This document shows positions 1-12,300 of a stretch of 64,000 nt of DNA, piece after piece; the stretch's first letter is position 1; each line of letters begins with the position of its first letter. A program made the translations under genes and the position numbers. The DNA is from Owenia fusiformis (taxonomy: Eukaryota), in contig CAIIXF020000001.1 of assembly GCA_903813345.2 (NCBI GenBank), positions 35,340,001 to 35,404,000 of the forward strand, in the 5' to 3' direction. Below the pieces are notes generated by a model. That model was not told the origin of the DNA. It worked only from the letters and a program-made list of their open reading frames with translations, and did not search any database.

Positions 1-334
1 TCAAGGAATCTATATGCATGTATTGTGTGACATCACACCTGGGAATGGCGAAAATAACAGCAAGTTTGGTCATTCCTTAAGTAATGCATTAAACATTGTG
101 AAAAATGATTGCATTGCATTGGTGAAGGAGAACATCTTTGAAAAAGTATGTTCATAGGTTGATTGCTAGCTAAATATCTCCCGAGTTCGATTGACTTTAT
201 TAGTCTATTGTTTTTGCCTCTTTTGTTTATTCTTATTCTTGTTCTTTTACTGGTCACGTTTTCTCAACAACTATAAGGTATCTATTCAAGACAATTCTAT
301 GGTCAATTAAGGTACAGTATCTAGTTGGTAAGAA

Positions 335-2015
335 ATGGGGTCAAATTTATATCTAGGCCAAAGGTCAAGAACTAGGTCAAATCCAGTACTTTGTCATTTT
401 TTTCAATTTTCTAGGTCATCTTTCAATATTTTCGCTCCGTTTTTTTTCATTATGTTCCTTGAAAAAAAAGCTAATTCCGAGAGGCAAATCGTTTTTTTGA
501 TTACTCTTACTGTTTTTGAGATATGACGTCCAAAAAGTAGGCCACGGTATAAAATTCTCAGAAATCAACATATGAGTTTTGAAATAGGTGTAGAATTTCC
601 CCAGGAATCCGAATCTGCAAACCCAATTTCGATTCGACTTCCGGTTCGAAAGTTATGCCATTTTGAAATTTCGAGAAAAATCGATCTGATGATAGCCTTA
701 TAGAAAGTCAAAGGAAGTGAAGAAAATATTGAAAAAATACCAGTCCAGTCCATTTCCAGGTCCAAGTCCAGGTCCAGGTCTAATTAAGTTTAATCTAGGT
801 CAAAGGTCAAGAACTAGGTCAAATCCAGTACTTTGTCATTTGTTTTCAATTTTCTCAGTCGTCCTACAATATTTTTGCTCTGAGTTTTTTCAGTCATGTT
901 CTTTGGAAAAAAGCTAATCCCTTCATGCAAATTGTTTGTGATTACACTTACCATTTTTGAGATATGGTATCCGAAAAGTAGGTCACACTAAAAAGTTCTC
1001 GGAATTCAACGTATGAGCTATGAAATAGGTGTAGAATTTCCGAAGGAATCCGAATCTGCAAACTAAATTTTGATCCGACTTCCGGTACGGAAGTTATGGT
1101 ATGTTAAAATCTCAAAAATCGCTATTTTGGTATCCCATGTTAAGTCAGTGGGGCTTGAGAAAATTATTAATTGTAACAACACTAGATACAGCTTGGATGT
1201 AGCCAACTTAATAAAAGCCTACAATAGAAGCCGTCCTCAAAATCTACTTTCCTTCAAAATTTGGACTCTAAAAGGCCTATGTCAAAATCTAGGTCAAATT
1301 CATAGTTTTTCCTAATTTGTACTGGCACTACACTTTAATAGAATTCTTCGAAATTTAGTATTCAGTTAGCAAACAGTATGCTAATAGTGTTAGCCTTTTG
1401 CCGTCAGGGAATATTTTGACCCACTTTTGAGATATCGTATACGGAAAATAGGTCAAAAAAAATTCTCCACATTTAACATATGAATTATGAAGTAAGGGTA
1501 GAATTTTCTCAGAAATCAGAATCTGCAAACCAAATAGCAATCCGGTTCGGGAGTTATGGCATTTTGAAATCGCAAAAAATCAATATGATGATATCCTCAT
1601 GTTAAGTCAATGGTGCCAGTTTGAATTGAAAAATACCAGCTTCTTGCTCAGCTACCTACTCCACAGCCAACTTAATGAAAGCCTTCAATAGAATCGGACC
1701 TCAAAATATACTTTTCTTCAAAATTTGAACACTAAAAGGCCTTCGTCAAAATCTAGGTCAAATTCATAGTTTTTCCTTATTTTTAGGATTCTTGCAATGC
1801 ATTTTAATAATATTCTTCGAAATTTGCTATACAAAGAGTATGTTTAAAGGGTTAGCCTTTTGCCGTCAGAGAGTATTTTGAACTGATTTTGAGATATTGT
1901 ATCAGGAAAGTAGGTCAAAACAAAAAGTTCTCCAAATATAACGTGTGAGTTATGAAATAAGGGTAGAAATTTCTCAGGAATCCGAATCTGGAAACCAAAT
2001 TTTGATTGGCCTGTC
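335..2015. repeat. Degenerate tandem array of a ~430-470 bp repeat, probably derived from a non-autonomous element
   Basis: Block GTAGAATTTCC..GGAATCCGAATCTGCAAAC recurs at ~589, ~1031, ~1498 and ~1963. CTAGGTCAAA..TCAT blocks recur at ~372, ~814, ~1289 and ~1753. Confidence 0.7.
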
Positions 2016-2245
2016 CAGTCTGTCTGTCTGGCCTGTCTATACACTTTTCTTTGAGATAATGAATGGATTTAAAAGATTTACCAGTCTTCGTGGTCGGAAA
2101 GTAGTCACAGTCCAAGATATGACCGTGTGAAATTGTTTGCGGTAACGTACGTGCTCCTTTATTTACTAATTACACGATTTTTGGGATATAGTGTTCGTTG
2201 GGCTTTGCATTGCTCGTTGGAGTTTCCGATTTTCTAAATGACTTA

Positions 2246-3731
2246 CACCCCAGTCACATTTGTCGTACGGAGGGCGTGCGTCGACCGCAGATCAAGTAAT
2301 CAGTGTACTTCTGCGGTGAGCGTAGGAAAACTACGCTCGCCTTGCGGCCTCCGAACGGCGTATCCAGTTTTTTACAGGCCGCAGGGTCGCCGTAGAAATT
2401 ATAACTCGGAGTTATAATATTTGTTCATTTCCGAGATCCCCGTAGAAATCAACTGGCTCAACAAGATTGAATAATTAATTGTCAATGTTTCACGATCACT
2501 TTTCATTTGATATTATATCCTAGCACTATGAATAACATTTATAAATTGTCCTGATGTAAATAAAATGAAAAAAGTATCATTCATCAACAGAAATTTAAAA
2601 TTCACAGGGCGACTGCCCGGGGTACCATCGAATAATTTTGGCAACGTACCGGAGAACGACATTTTACTAAGAAATGGCAATAATTTAGCACAATATATTT
2701 TTTAACTAGAGTTCTACTTTGATTTTGACAAAAGTAAGTATTCCATGCAATGGCTATTTCATTCATGAGTTTGTAGGAATTCTGTTGGAACCCAGTTCTG
2801 ATCAAGTACGAAGTTATTGAAATCGGCGCAGACGGACTTTACTCCGAAAGATGGTTTTTCGATTATAACTTTTCACAACATTTAAGTATAGACTTTTGAA
2901 AAAGTACAGAATAGTCCTTATACTTTTGAATAATCCTGTTATTTCTGATTCACACGACTCTTATTTGTTTAATTAAAAAAAAGTTCTAAAAATATTACTT
3001 AGGAACGTAACCGGAGCTGGGAACGTAACCGGAGCAGATCAGTTGAATTATTTAATCAAAAAAATTAAAATATATGATTTAAAGCACATATACTAATTTA
3101 AAAACATACGGGATTGTTCGAATGCGTATTTATTAATATATATGCTTTAAATCATATATTTTATTTTTTAAATTATATAATTCAACTGATCTGCTCCGGT
3201 TACGTTCCCAGCTCCGGTTACGTTCCTAAGTAATATTTTTAAAACTTTTTTTTAATTAAACAAATCAGAGTCGTGTGAATCAGAAATAACAGAATTATTC
3301 AATAGTATAAGGACTATTCTGTACTTTTTTTCAAAAGTCTATACTTAAATGTTGTTAAAAGTTATAATCGAAAAACCATCTTTCGGAGTAAAGTCCGACT
3401 GCGCCGATTTCAATAACTTCGTACTTGATCAGAACTGGGTTCCAACAGAATTCCTACAAACTCATGAATGAAATAGCCATTGCATGGAATACTTACTTTT
3501 GTCAAAATCAAAGTAGAACTCTAGTTAAAAAATATATTGTGCTAAATTATTGCCATTTCTTAGTAAAATGTCGTTCTCCGGTACGTTGCCAAAATTATTC
3601 GATGGTACCCCGTGCGTGGGAAATGTGACTGCAAAAGTATGAGAGCGCAGAAATTCTACGGCGAGCGTAGAAAAGCTACTTGCCGCAGAATGATAGACCG
3701 CACGGCGGCCGTGGGAAATGTGACCGGGGTG
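2246..3731. mobile_element. PIF/Harbinger-like MITE that hosts the foldback below
   Basis: TIRs CACCCCAGTCACATTT / AAATGTGACCGGGGTG. Flanks TTA and TCA fit a degenerate 3-bp TWA TSD. Subterminal repeats are GC-rich. Confidence 0.6.
2620..3610. mobile_element. 991-bp near-perfect foldback (palindromic) non-autonomous element
   Basis: Arms begin GGGTACCATCGAATAATTTTGGCAACG and end with its reverse complement. The arms are ~480 bp with few mismatches, centred near 3115. CG flanks both sides. The identical ORFs 2602-2805(-) and 3425-3628(+) reflect this symmetry. Confidence 0.9.
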
Positions 3732-4960
3732 TCAGTAACTTGCTCTCCCTGCAGTTTCTCAGTGTTTATGTCTTGTACTTTCTCCTGGACGTCATCTAAG
3801 AATAAAAAAGAAGAAGTAGTTGTGTACGTTTTTGAATAACGTGCTGAATGGAACATTACACGGGGCAAGGAATGTATAAATTGTAACGCATGTAATGCCG
3901 CTGTTAATTGAAGCAACCCATGAATCACAGGTCCCCATCTGGATATTTGCAAGTGCACAGAGTATCAGCAGAACAAAATTACTTTCTGATGAACCTAGCT
4001 TCGATTGATTTAGCCAAACGAATTGATAAATAACACAATTTGAAACAACTACAAGAAACTGTGGAGAAATTTAACAGAAAAAATGATTTTCTTAGTGTGC
4101 TTATATTAACATTCGATTTATGTAACATTTCGAAAATGAGTCAGACACGCAGTCTATTTGGGTGGGATGGGTAGGTGACCGGCGGCCCCCACAAAACAAT
4201 CATTTAAAATCAGACAGGATATCAGCAGCCCTCCTATCTTTTGTTTCATTGCAAGGCATTCTACCATTTACAGGTGACATCCAGGTTAAGATGAATATTG
4301 TACTTTATTGTTTATTTATATAAGGGGACATCTAATGCTTACAGCGCTTTGCCCCTTGTAATTGTATCTAAATGACTTGTGCTTACAATAAATATGAAAG
4401 ATGATAATTTTTTTTTTTAAATCAGACAAAATGCCGGGACAGTTTCTACTGTAACCTAATGTATGCCAAGTGATTTTGGGCCAACGTATTAAATTCAAAC
4501 ACACGGGGAGCAAACAATGTCATGGTAGTTATTGATCTTTTCAAAGATTCCAATCAAGGGCACAGTCAGTCAACAACTCGTTAAATAGAAATATTAGTTA
4601 TCGTTTATGTAGCTGTATCTGTCCGTTGTCGTATTATCATCAATTTTCAATCAATTCGTTTCTGTAACCAAAGCGAGGGATTAAATGGGCGTTCCTGTCA
4701 TCCTACAAACTATTTCGATTAAAATCACTTGGTTGTCCAGAAAGATATGTTGCTTATCCATATTTTGGCCGAAAAGATCTGGATGATTCGTGGTGTATCT
4801 CGAGATATCAAGGAAAACGAAAATTCTCACCGATTTCTTCAGCCGGAACAGCAGCCATCTTGTTACCAAAACGATTCGTTTTGGTAACCAGCGTAATCGA
4901 GCGGATCACCAGTGAATTAAGTATTTTGCCCTGGTGCATTTAATGATTGTCATGGTATAT

Positions 4961-7882
4961 TAGTCAGGAATATTTAGGTGAAAATATTTCAAAAATATAT
5001 AGAAGCAATTTTAAGGTGGATTTCAAAACTTCATACCATTCTTTTGAAAACCTGAAGTGGCACCAAGCAATCCATTGACTTTTTCACCGAAAATCCAAGA
5101 TGGCCGCGGCGATGTATCAAAAAATCATAAAAAATGAAAAGTTATTAGATTTAATAAGTCAAAATAGTTGTATACTGATCAAACATGACTAATAATAGTA
5201 CCTATCAGAAATTCATATCCATTTAAAGTCATTGGATCATTTTTGTGTGAAAAGTGGAGTCCCACAAGGCTCAACTTTATGTCCGCTACTTTTTTTGCAT
5301 TTTTTGCATTGACCATGGCATTTGCACATAGCAATGCATAGAAATCCATTTTTGTAACATGTGCACCTAGGACCACATTTCACCTTGCACCCACACTTGA
5401 TCAATGCTTTGCATGCTGCTTGAGGAAGGACTGTTTCACCAAAAATCCAAGATGGCCACCACAATGTATCGGCAAATCACTAAAATTGACTAATATCATC
5501 ATTTAATTTGTCAAAATAGTTAAATACTGATCAAACATGACTAATTATAGTACCTATTAGATGGTCATATGCATTTAAAGTCACTAGATTATTTTTGTGT
5601 GAAAACTGGAGTCCCACAAGGCTCAACTTTATGTCCCCTACTTTTTTAGTCCAATGACTTTCATTGACTATGGCATTTGTACATTGCAATATATAGAAAT
5701 CCATTTTTGTAACTTGTGCACCTAGGACCACATTTCACCTTGCACCCACACTTGACCAATGCTTGGCATGCCTTAGCTGATTGAGGAAGGGATGTACATA
5801 GTGGTACCAGGGGGGACATGTCATACTGCCAGCCCCATGTTGTGAACTCCGATACCCATGTTGGATTGAGATTGTACAGTTGGCCCCAAACAATACCACC
5901 TTGGTTATCAAGTTCTTAAAATTATCTGTGCAAGGGCTCCTTTTGTTGGTGGCATTCTATCAATGACTGTATGGCCATCACAGAGCATTTGCCTTCGTGC
6001 TGAATCAATATCTATCTGGTTGCTGGTTCGATCATATACTAGAACAGTAAAACATTTTAGGGACTGAATGGCATGAACTGATGAAGTCAGGTTTGTTGTA
6101 ACCATTTGTGCTACTTGTAGAAAAGCTGGAGTAACTTCCTTGGACACATTCCATAGCTTGAAGGGCAGATTCTTTGCTATGGCCAAAGAATGGTGCAGTT
6201 ATATAATATAATTTAATACCTGTAATTTTTGAGAGGCCAGAAGGCAATCCAGATTGACACTTATTGCACCCTAATGCTGCAGCCATGGCAAGAACAACTA
6301 CACCAGTATTTCCACTGATTCTGATTATGAAGTCTTTTTTACCCTCTGAGGTCATCTGTTTTACCTGAACAAAGAGTCTAGTGTAGTATTAGCTTCTTCA
6401 TGAGTACAAGGTTCAATCATTACTGTAACTGCCAACTGAGGAAAGCACTTAACAGATTCCACAATAGTCATCAACGTGAACCTCAAAAATAGAGTTGGCC
6501 AGGAATGCTAACAGCTCAGTCTTGTTCTGGTTGTTTCTTAGAAAGCTTAACCAATTCGGGGCATCACATTCTCTGCATAAACCATCCATTGCCACAATGA
6601 GTCCTTGTCAGGGACTTCCTACTGTTTTATAGATAACAGATAACATCTTATCTTGAAACACCTTCCATAGGCCGCCTTAACTTGGGATGAGACATTGGTA
6701 CCATATTCTTAGAAGTTGGTAGCCACACCAGGATGCATCACATGGACCAGAAGGATGCCATCTATTAAAATTGCATCTGCAGGTGGCTTTTCCAATACTT
6801 CAGATCCATCTGGCTTAGCTTCTTGACATTTAAGTAAGTCTGCTTTTGTTGTAGGTCTCATGGCTCCGTGGTTATGTAGGGATGGCAGGAACTCATGGTT
6901 TTCATATAAAAAAAACTCAGACATGTCATTGGTTCTTGATTGGCATGCAATGTAGAGTAATAGCAAAAAGGTCATAATCATTTCTCAGATCCTTGACTTC
7001 AGGATTCACTTGCATGCATAGTTGGTGTGGTCTAGGGAGAAAAAAACCAAGAATCATCTGCAGTGATTCCTGAGGTCAAAGAAACTGAGAGAAGAAAATG
7101 AAGAAAATTACCTTTTTGCTACGCTCTATATTGCTTGCCTTTGACAATCAAGACACATAACATGTCTGAGTTTTTCAAACATGAAAACCATGAGTTCCCG
7201 CCATCCCTAGCTAAGCATGGAGCAATGAGACCTTCAACTAAATGACCTACTTAAATGCCTAGAAACTAAGCCAGATGGACCCGAAGTATTGGAAAAGCCA
7301 ACTGCAGATGCAGTTTTAATAGACTGCTCCTTTCTGGTGTTTCATCCCAAGTTAAGGCAGCTTATTGAAGGTGTTCCAAGATTAGATGTTGTCTGGAATG
7401 TTTACCTACAAAACAGTGAGAAGTCCCTAACAAGGATTTATCGTGGATTTATGTGTTCCTAGGTACACAAGTTACAAAAATGGATTTCTATACATTGCAA
7501 TGTACAAATGCCATAGTCAATGAAAGTCATTGGACTAAAAAAGTAGGGGACATAAAGTTGAGCCTTGTGGGACTCCAGTTTTCACACAAATATAATCTAG
7601 TGACTTTAAATGCATATGACCATCTAATAGGTACTATGATTAGTCATGTTTGATCAGTATTTAACTATTTTGAAAAAATTAAATGATGATATTAGTCAAT
7701 TTTAGTGATTTGCCGATACATTGTGGCGGCCATCTTGGATTTTTGGTGAAACAGTCAATGGATTGCTTGGTGCCACTTCAGGTTCTCAAAAGGATGGCAT
7801 GAAGTTTTGAAATCCACCTAAATATTGCTTCTATATATTTTTGAAATATTCTGTGAACTTATCTCCTATTCAAACCCGACTA
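4961..7882 (-). mobile_element. Academ DNA transposon relic, rearranged, with a decayed transposase C-terminal half
   Basis: Termini TAGTC(A/G)GG...CCCGACTA, long inverted ends and a 3-bp TSD TAT (4958-60 / 7883-85). Peptide fragments FFLYENHEFLPSL..GAMRPTTKADLLKC..DAILIDG, MPPTKGALAQ and a terminal CXC cluster (CKALIKCGCKVKCGPRCTC..CIAMCKCHGQC) match the XPG-like/CXC end of Academ proteins. Many stops and frameshifts. Confidence 0.8.
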
Positions 7883-7950
7883 TATGTCGGTTGATTAGGA
7901 ATGACCTCACTTAATTCAATTCAATTCAATTGATGGTGACTTAATCTAGT

Positions 7951-8118
7951 CCGGTGTAAAAGAAATTATGGTCCCCTGGGGATTATGGTCCCCTTTCTTA
8001 AAGGCCCTTACTGGCCCTGATTGTGGATACGATAATAAGGGAAAGAGTTGTATTTAGGTCACCATATAAATCAATGGAAAGTAGGACCATAATTTGACCT
8101 CCTACCCTTTTACACCGG
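7951..8118. mobile_element. Short MITE inserted into a minisatellite unit
   Basis: TIRs CCGGTGTAAAAG / CTTTTACACCGG. The flanks rejoin to TTAATCTAGTAGATCGTTCTA, a variant of the adjacent 29-bp unit. Confidence 0.6.
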
Positions 8119-8119
8119 T

Positions 8120-9598
8120 AGATCGTTCTACTAGGCCTAATTAGTCTAGTAGGTTGTTCACAGAGTCATCTGAACCTTAATCTAGTTGGTTGCTCTACTA
8201 TGCCCTTCTTTATCCAGTACGTCGTTCCACCAGGTAACCTAGTATGCCATTCTACAAAACCCTTAATCTAGTAGGTTAGTCTAGACTAACCTTAATTTAG
8301 AAGCTTGTTCTAGGACCACCTTAATCTAGTAGGTTGTTCGAAGCCCACTTTAAGTTGTTGAAGGCCCATCTTAATCTAGTAGGTTGTTCTAGGCCCACCT
8401 TTATCAAGTTGGTTGTTCTAGGACCACCTTAATCTAGTAGGTTGTTCGAAGCCCACTTTAAGTTGTTGAAGGCCCATCTTAATCTAGAAGGTTGTTCTAG
8501 GCCCACCTTTATCAAGTTGGTTGTTCTAGGACCACCTTAATCAAGTTGGTTGTTCTAGGACCACCTTAATTTAGTAGCTTGTTTTAGGATCACCTTAATC
8601 TAGTAGGTTGTTCGAGACCCGTTTTAATCTAGTAGGTTGTTGAAGGCCCGCTTTAATCTAGTAGGTTTTTGAAGGTCCATCTTAATCTAGAAGGTTGTTC
8701 TAGCCCCACCTTGATCAAGTAGGTTGTTCTAGAACCACCTTAATCAGGTAGGTTGTTCTAGGACCATCTTAATCTAGTAGATGGACCTAGGCCCACTTTA
8801 ATCTAGCAGGTTGTTATAGGCTCACCTTTATCTAGTATGTTTTTCTAGGGACACCTTTACATAGTAGGTTGTTCACCCCGGGCTCACCTTAATCTAGTAA
8901 GCTGTTCTGGACCCACCTTAATCTAGTAGGTTGCTCTAGACCCATCTTAATCTAGTAGGTTGCTATTGACCCATCTTAATCTTATAGGTTGCTCTAGACC
9001 CATCTTAATCTAGTAGGTTGCTCTAGACCCATATTGAATTAGTAGCTTGTTCTAGGCCCACCTTAATCTAATATGTTGCTCCAGACCCACCTTAATCTAG
9101 TAGGTTGCTCTGGACCCACCTTAATCTAGTAGGTTGTTCTAGGGACACCTTTACATAGTAGGTTGTTCACCCCGGGCTCACCTTAATCTAGTAAGCTGTT
9201 CTGGACCCACCTTAATCTAGTAGGTTGCTCTAGACCCATATTAAATTACTAGCTTGTTCTAGGCCCACCTTAATCTAATAGGTTGCTCTAGACCCATCTT
9301 AATCTAGTAGGTTGCTGTAGACCCATATTAAATTAGAAGCTTGTTCTAGGCCCACCTTAATCTAATAGGTTGCTCCAGACCCACCTTAATCTAGTAGGTT
9401 GCTCTAGACCCAACTGAATCTAGTAGGTTGTTCTAGACCCAGCTTAATCTAGTAGGTTGCTCTAGACCCATATTGAATTAGTAGCTTGTTCTAGGCCCAC
9501 CTTAATCTAATAGGTTGCTCTTGACCCACCTTAATCTAGTAGGTTGCTCTGGACCCACCTTAATCTAGTAGGTTGTTCTAGGATGACCTTAATCTAAT
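8120..9598. repeat. Minisatellite, 29-bp unit
   Basis: Consensus CCACCTTAATCTAGTAGGTTG(C/T)TCTAGAC, roughly 50 copies, no unique spacers. Confidence 0.95.
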
Positions 9599-10551
9599 AA
9601 GTGATTCCACAATGTTCTAAGAAATGCAAAAAAAAGGATTATTATTATTCACATGGAGATAGAAGGGGTCACTGTGTAATGAAATATGTTATTCCCCTCT
9701 TAGATAAAACTGTGCAATTCAAGTACTTATATTTGCAACAAATGTCCCAAGTCATGCAAGTACTGAGACTTTCATACACGGTATTAGAGAAACCTTAGTG
9801 AATGATGCAAATGTTGCAGATTTGATCCGAATCCTATACACATCCCTTGATTATTCCACATTAAGGAATCAACTTCTGACAGTAATTAGAAAAAAGCTGG
9901 AAGAGCTCTTTCAATTATTTGATAAATGCTCTTCTGTGTTCCTTGGGTGGAAGGATTAAACATAAATGGGATTGACCAAAGGGAAATGGGCTCTAATCTT
10001 CTTAGATTTTCATGGAAATGTTTCTTTATTCAATAGATGCTTAACGTTTTTCTTGATTACTGAGAAAATTGAACCCCATGATAAAACTAAAGCCAGTTTG
10101 TTGTGATGTTTTATTAGCTTGACATCGATCACTTAAGAGGGATCAGAAAGTAACAGTAAAATCAAACTTTTTTCCTATGTTAAATGAATCAGTGGAAAAT
10201 GTGGCTCAGATCTCATATGGTACTGAATATATTTCGGGTTTGGATTGATAAAGAAACTGGATATGATCTATGTAACTGATCCTAAGTATATTCCTGCTCT
10301 AGTTCTGTTCTAAGCTGGTTTGTTTTCAAGAAAAAATGCTCAGACCACACAAATGTGGTACACTCCCCTGTAAAGGTTTGTCAGCACCAACTCCCATATT
10401 GGACCATGGGTTATAAAGCCTGGTCATGTTTGGTCATTCAAATAAAAAGACTGATCAAAGGACTATAAATATCGGACCTTGTGTAATTGAATTACATAAT
10501 CAGAGTTTATAGTCAGTAACAGACTATCCAAAGACGAGTAGCCAAATCTTT

Positions 10552-10947
10552 TGAGGGGAGTGTACACCCAGATTTCCATTCATTCATGGTTAAGGGGAGT
10601 GTACACCCAGATTTCCATTCATTCATGGTTAAGGGCAGTGTACACCCAGATTTCCATTCATTCATGGCTGGGGGGCGGGAGTGTACACCTAGATTTCCAT
10701 TCATTCATGGTTGGGGGAGTGAATACCCACATTTCCATTCATTCATGGTTGGGGGAGTGTACACCCAGATTTCCGGAATTCTATTCATTCATGGCTGGGG
10801 GGGGAGCGTACACCCAGATTTCCATTCATTCATGGTTGGGGGAGTGAATACCCACATTTCCATTCATTCATGGTTGGGGGAGTGTACACCCATAGGCCAG
10901 ATTTCCATTCATTCATGGTGGAGGGGAGTGTACACCCAGATTTCCAT
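10552..10947. repeat. Minisatellite, 37-39-bp unit
   Basis: About 10 copies of GGGGAGTGTACACCCAGATTTCCATTCATTCATGGTT. It explains the repetitive ORFs at 10513-11023. Confidence 0.95.
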
Positions 10948-11337
10948 CAATGTAATGGTAAACAAAGGCCAACAAAGAGTTTTTCCCATTAGTGTAAAAA
11001 TCATTATCATCTATATCACCTAAAGATGAGCATGTATCAATGATATCCTATCTATCATATAATGTAAAGAGATTAAAGCTTGACTCTAAATCCATTATAT
11101 CCAAATACAATGAAACGTTTTTTTCTGATAAATCTACAGTAAGATCTCGGAATTCAGAAATAATTCAATCAAGTATACAAATATCTAGTCAATACATAAA
11201 ACACAATAGAGCCTTACAAAGCATCATAACTTGTTGATTATGATTATTGAAACCAGGGTACTAAAAAATAAATTGCCTTCCAGGCCTTCATACGAAATCT
11301 AGGTGACGCCTTCCTTTTTCAAATAAGATAATCTACT

Positions 11338-12300
11338 ATTGTTGGATTTACATGTACACTAGAGCCTTACGACGTCTTGGCTAAAACGTTTTAGCGTTAA
11401 AACGTTTTACAAATGTAATGTAAATCTAAGAGCGCTTAGCTAAAACGTTTTAAGACCCTAGTCATAGCCAAGACGTCTTAGCGTTAAAATTTGAAATTTT
11501 CTATTTACATATGTCGCATGGTCCTTTCTTTAGTCTTATAATTTTTCTAAAACGTTTTAGCCAAGACGTCTTGAAATGTCGCGTGTAGTGTAAATATGGC
11601 TTATGGTCCACTTGTTGGATTTACACTTGTTGGATTTACACCAGCGCGCTAAGACGTCTTAGCTAAAACGTTTTACAAATGTAATGTAAATCCAGATTTA
11701 CTCAAGAGCTCTTGGCTAAGAGCGCTTAGGAGCGTTTTAGGACCCTAGTCATAGCCAAGACGTCTTAGCGTTAAAACGTAAAAGCGAGTGTAAATCTATC
11801 GGTTTTAGCTAAGAGCTCTTAGCCCGGTTTTTCGCGTTGCGCCGAACGAAACATTTGAAACTTTCCATTTACATATGTCGCATGGTCCTTTATTTTGTCG
11901 TATCCCATGTTCCCAATATCATCCCAAAATTATTGAGAAGAGCTTATTTGCCTGGTGATTTATCATAATCCTAATTTATGCATAAAATCTTCCTGCTATC
12001 TTTCATGCTTTTAACAATGCTGTCTTTAGGACATTTTTCTGAAACCGATGCATTCTTTAGTAAAAAGTCGGGTACAAAGTATAGAAGCGGGAAAGGAATA
12101 GCTATATTGACTGAACCGTCCTTCAACCAGAACTGAACTGCTTTTTTCATTTTACATGTATACCTACATATCTCTAAGACGTTTTAGGAAAACAGGTGTA
12201 AACTTGATCTTATTTCCCAAGACGTCTTGAAAATGGTAATGTAAACTCAACTTAATTTTTCTAAAACGTTTTAGCCAAAACGTCTTGCAATGCTGCGCGT
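11338..12300. mobile_element. Two adjacent related MITE-like copies with palindromic subterminal repeats
   Basis: Both start TTGTTGGATTTACA (~11339, ~11612). They share repeated CTAAAACGTTTTAG / AAGACGTCTT motifs and TTTACATATGTCGCATGGTCCTTT. Confidence 0.55.

Noticed and set aside
33..257. 74-aa ORF or an exon at the window start
   Set aside because: No recognisable homology, and the nearby acceptor is not phase-compatible with the candidate gene upstream.
2602..3628. Duplicated 67-aa ORFs on opposite strands
   Set aside because: By-product of the palindrome; no recognisable protein features.
8120..9598. CRISPR-like periodicity (also at 10552-10947 and 43441-43815)
   Set aside because: Units are contiguous with no unique spacers, there are no cas genes, and the context is eukaryotic. 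These are minisatellites.
10513..11023. Repetitive 98-145-aa ORFs
   Set aside because: Translations of a 37-39-bp tandem repeat that is open in several frames.
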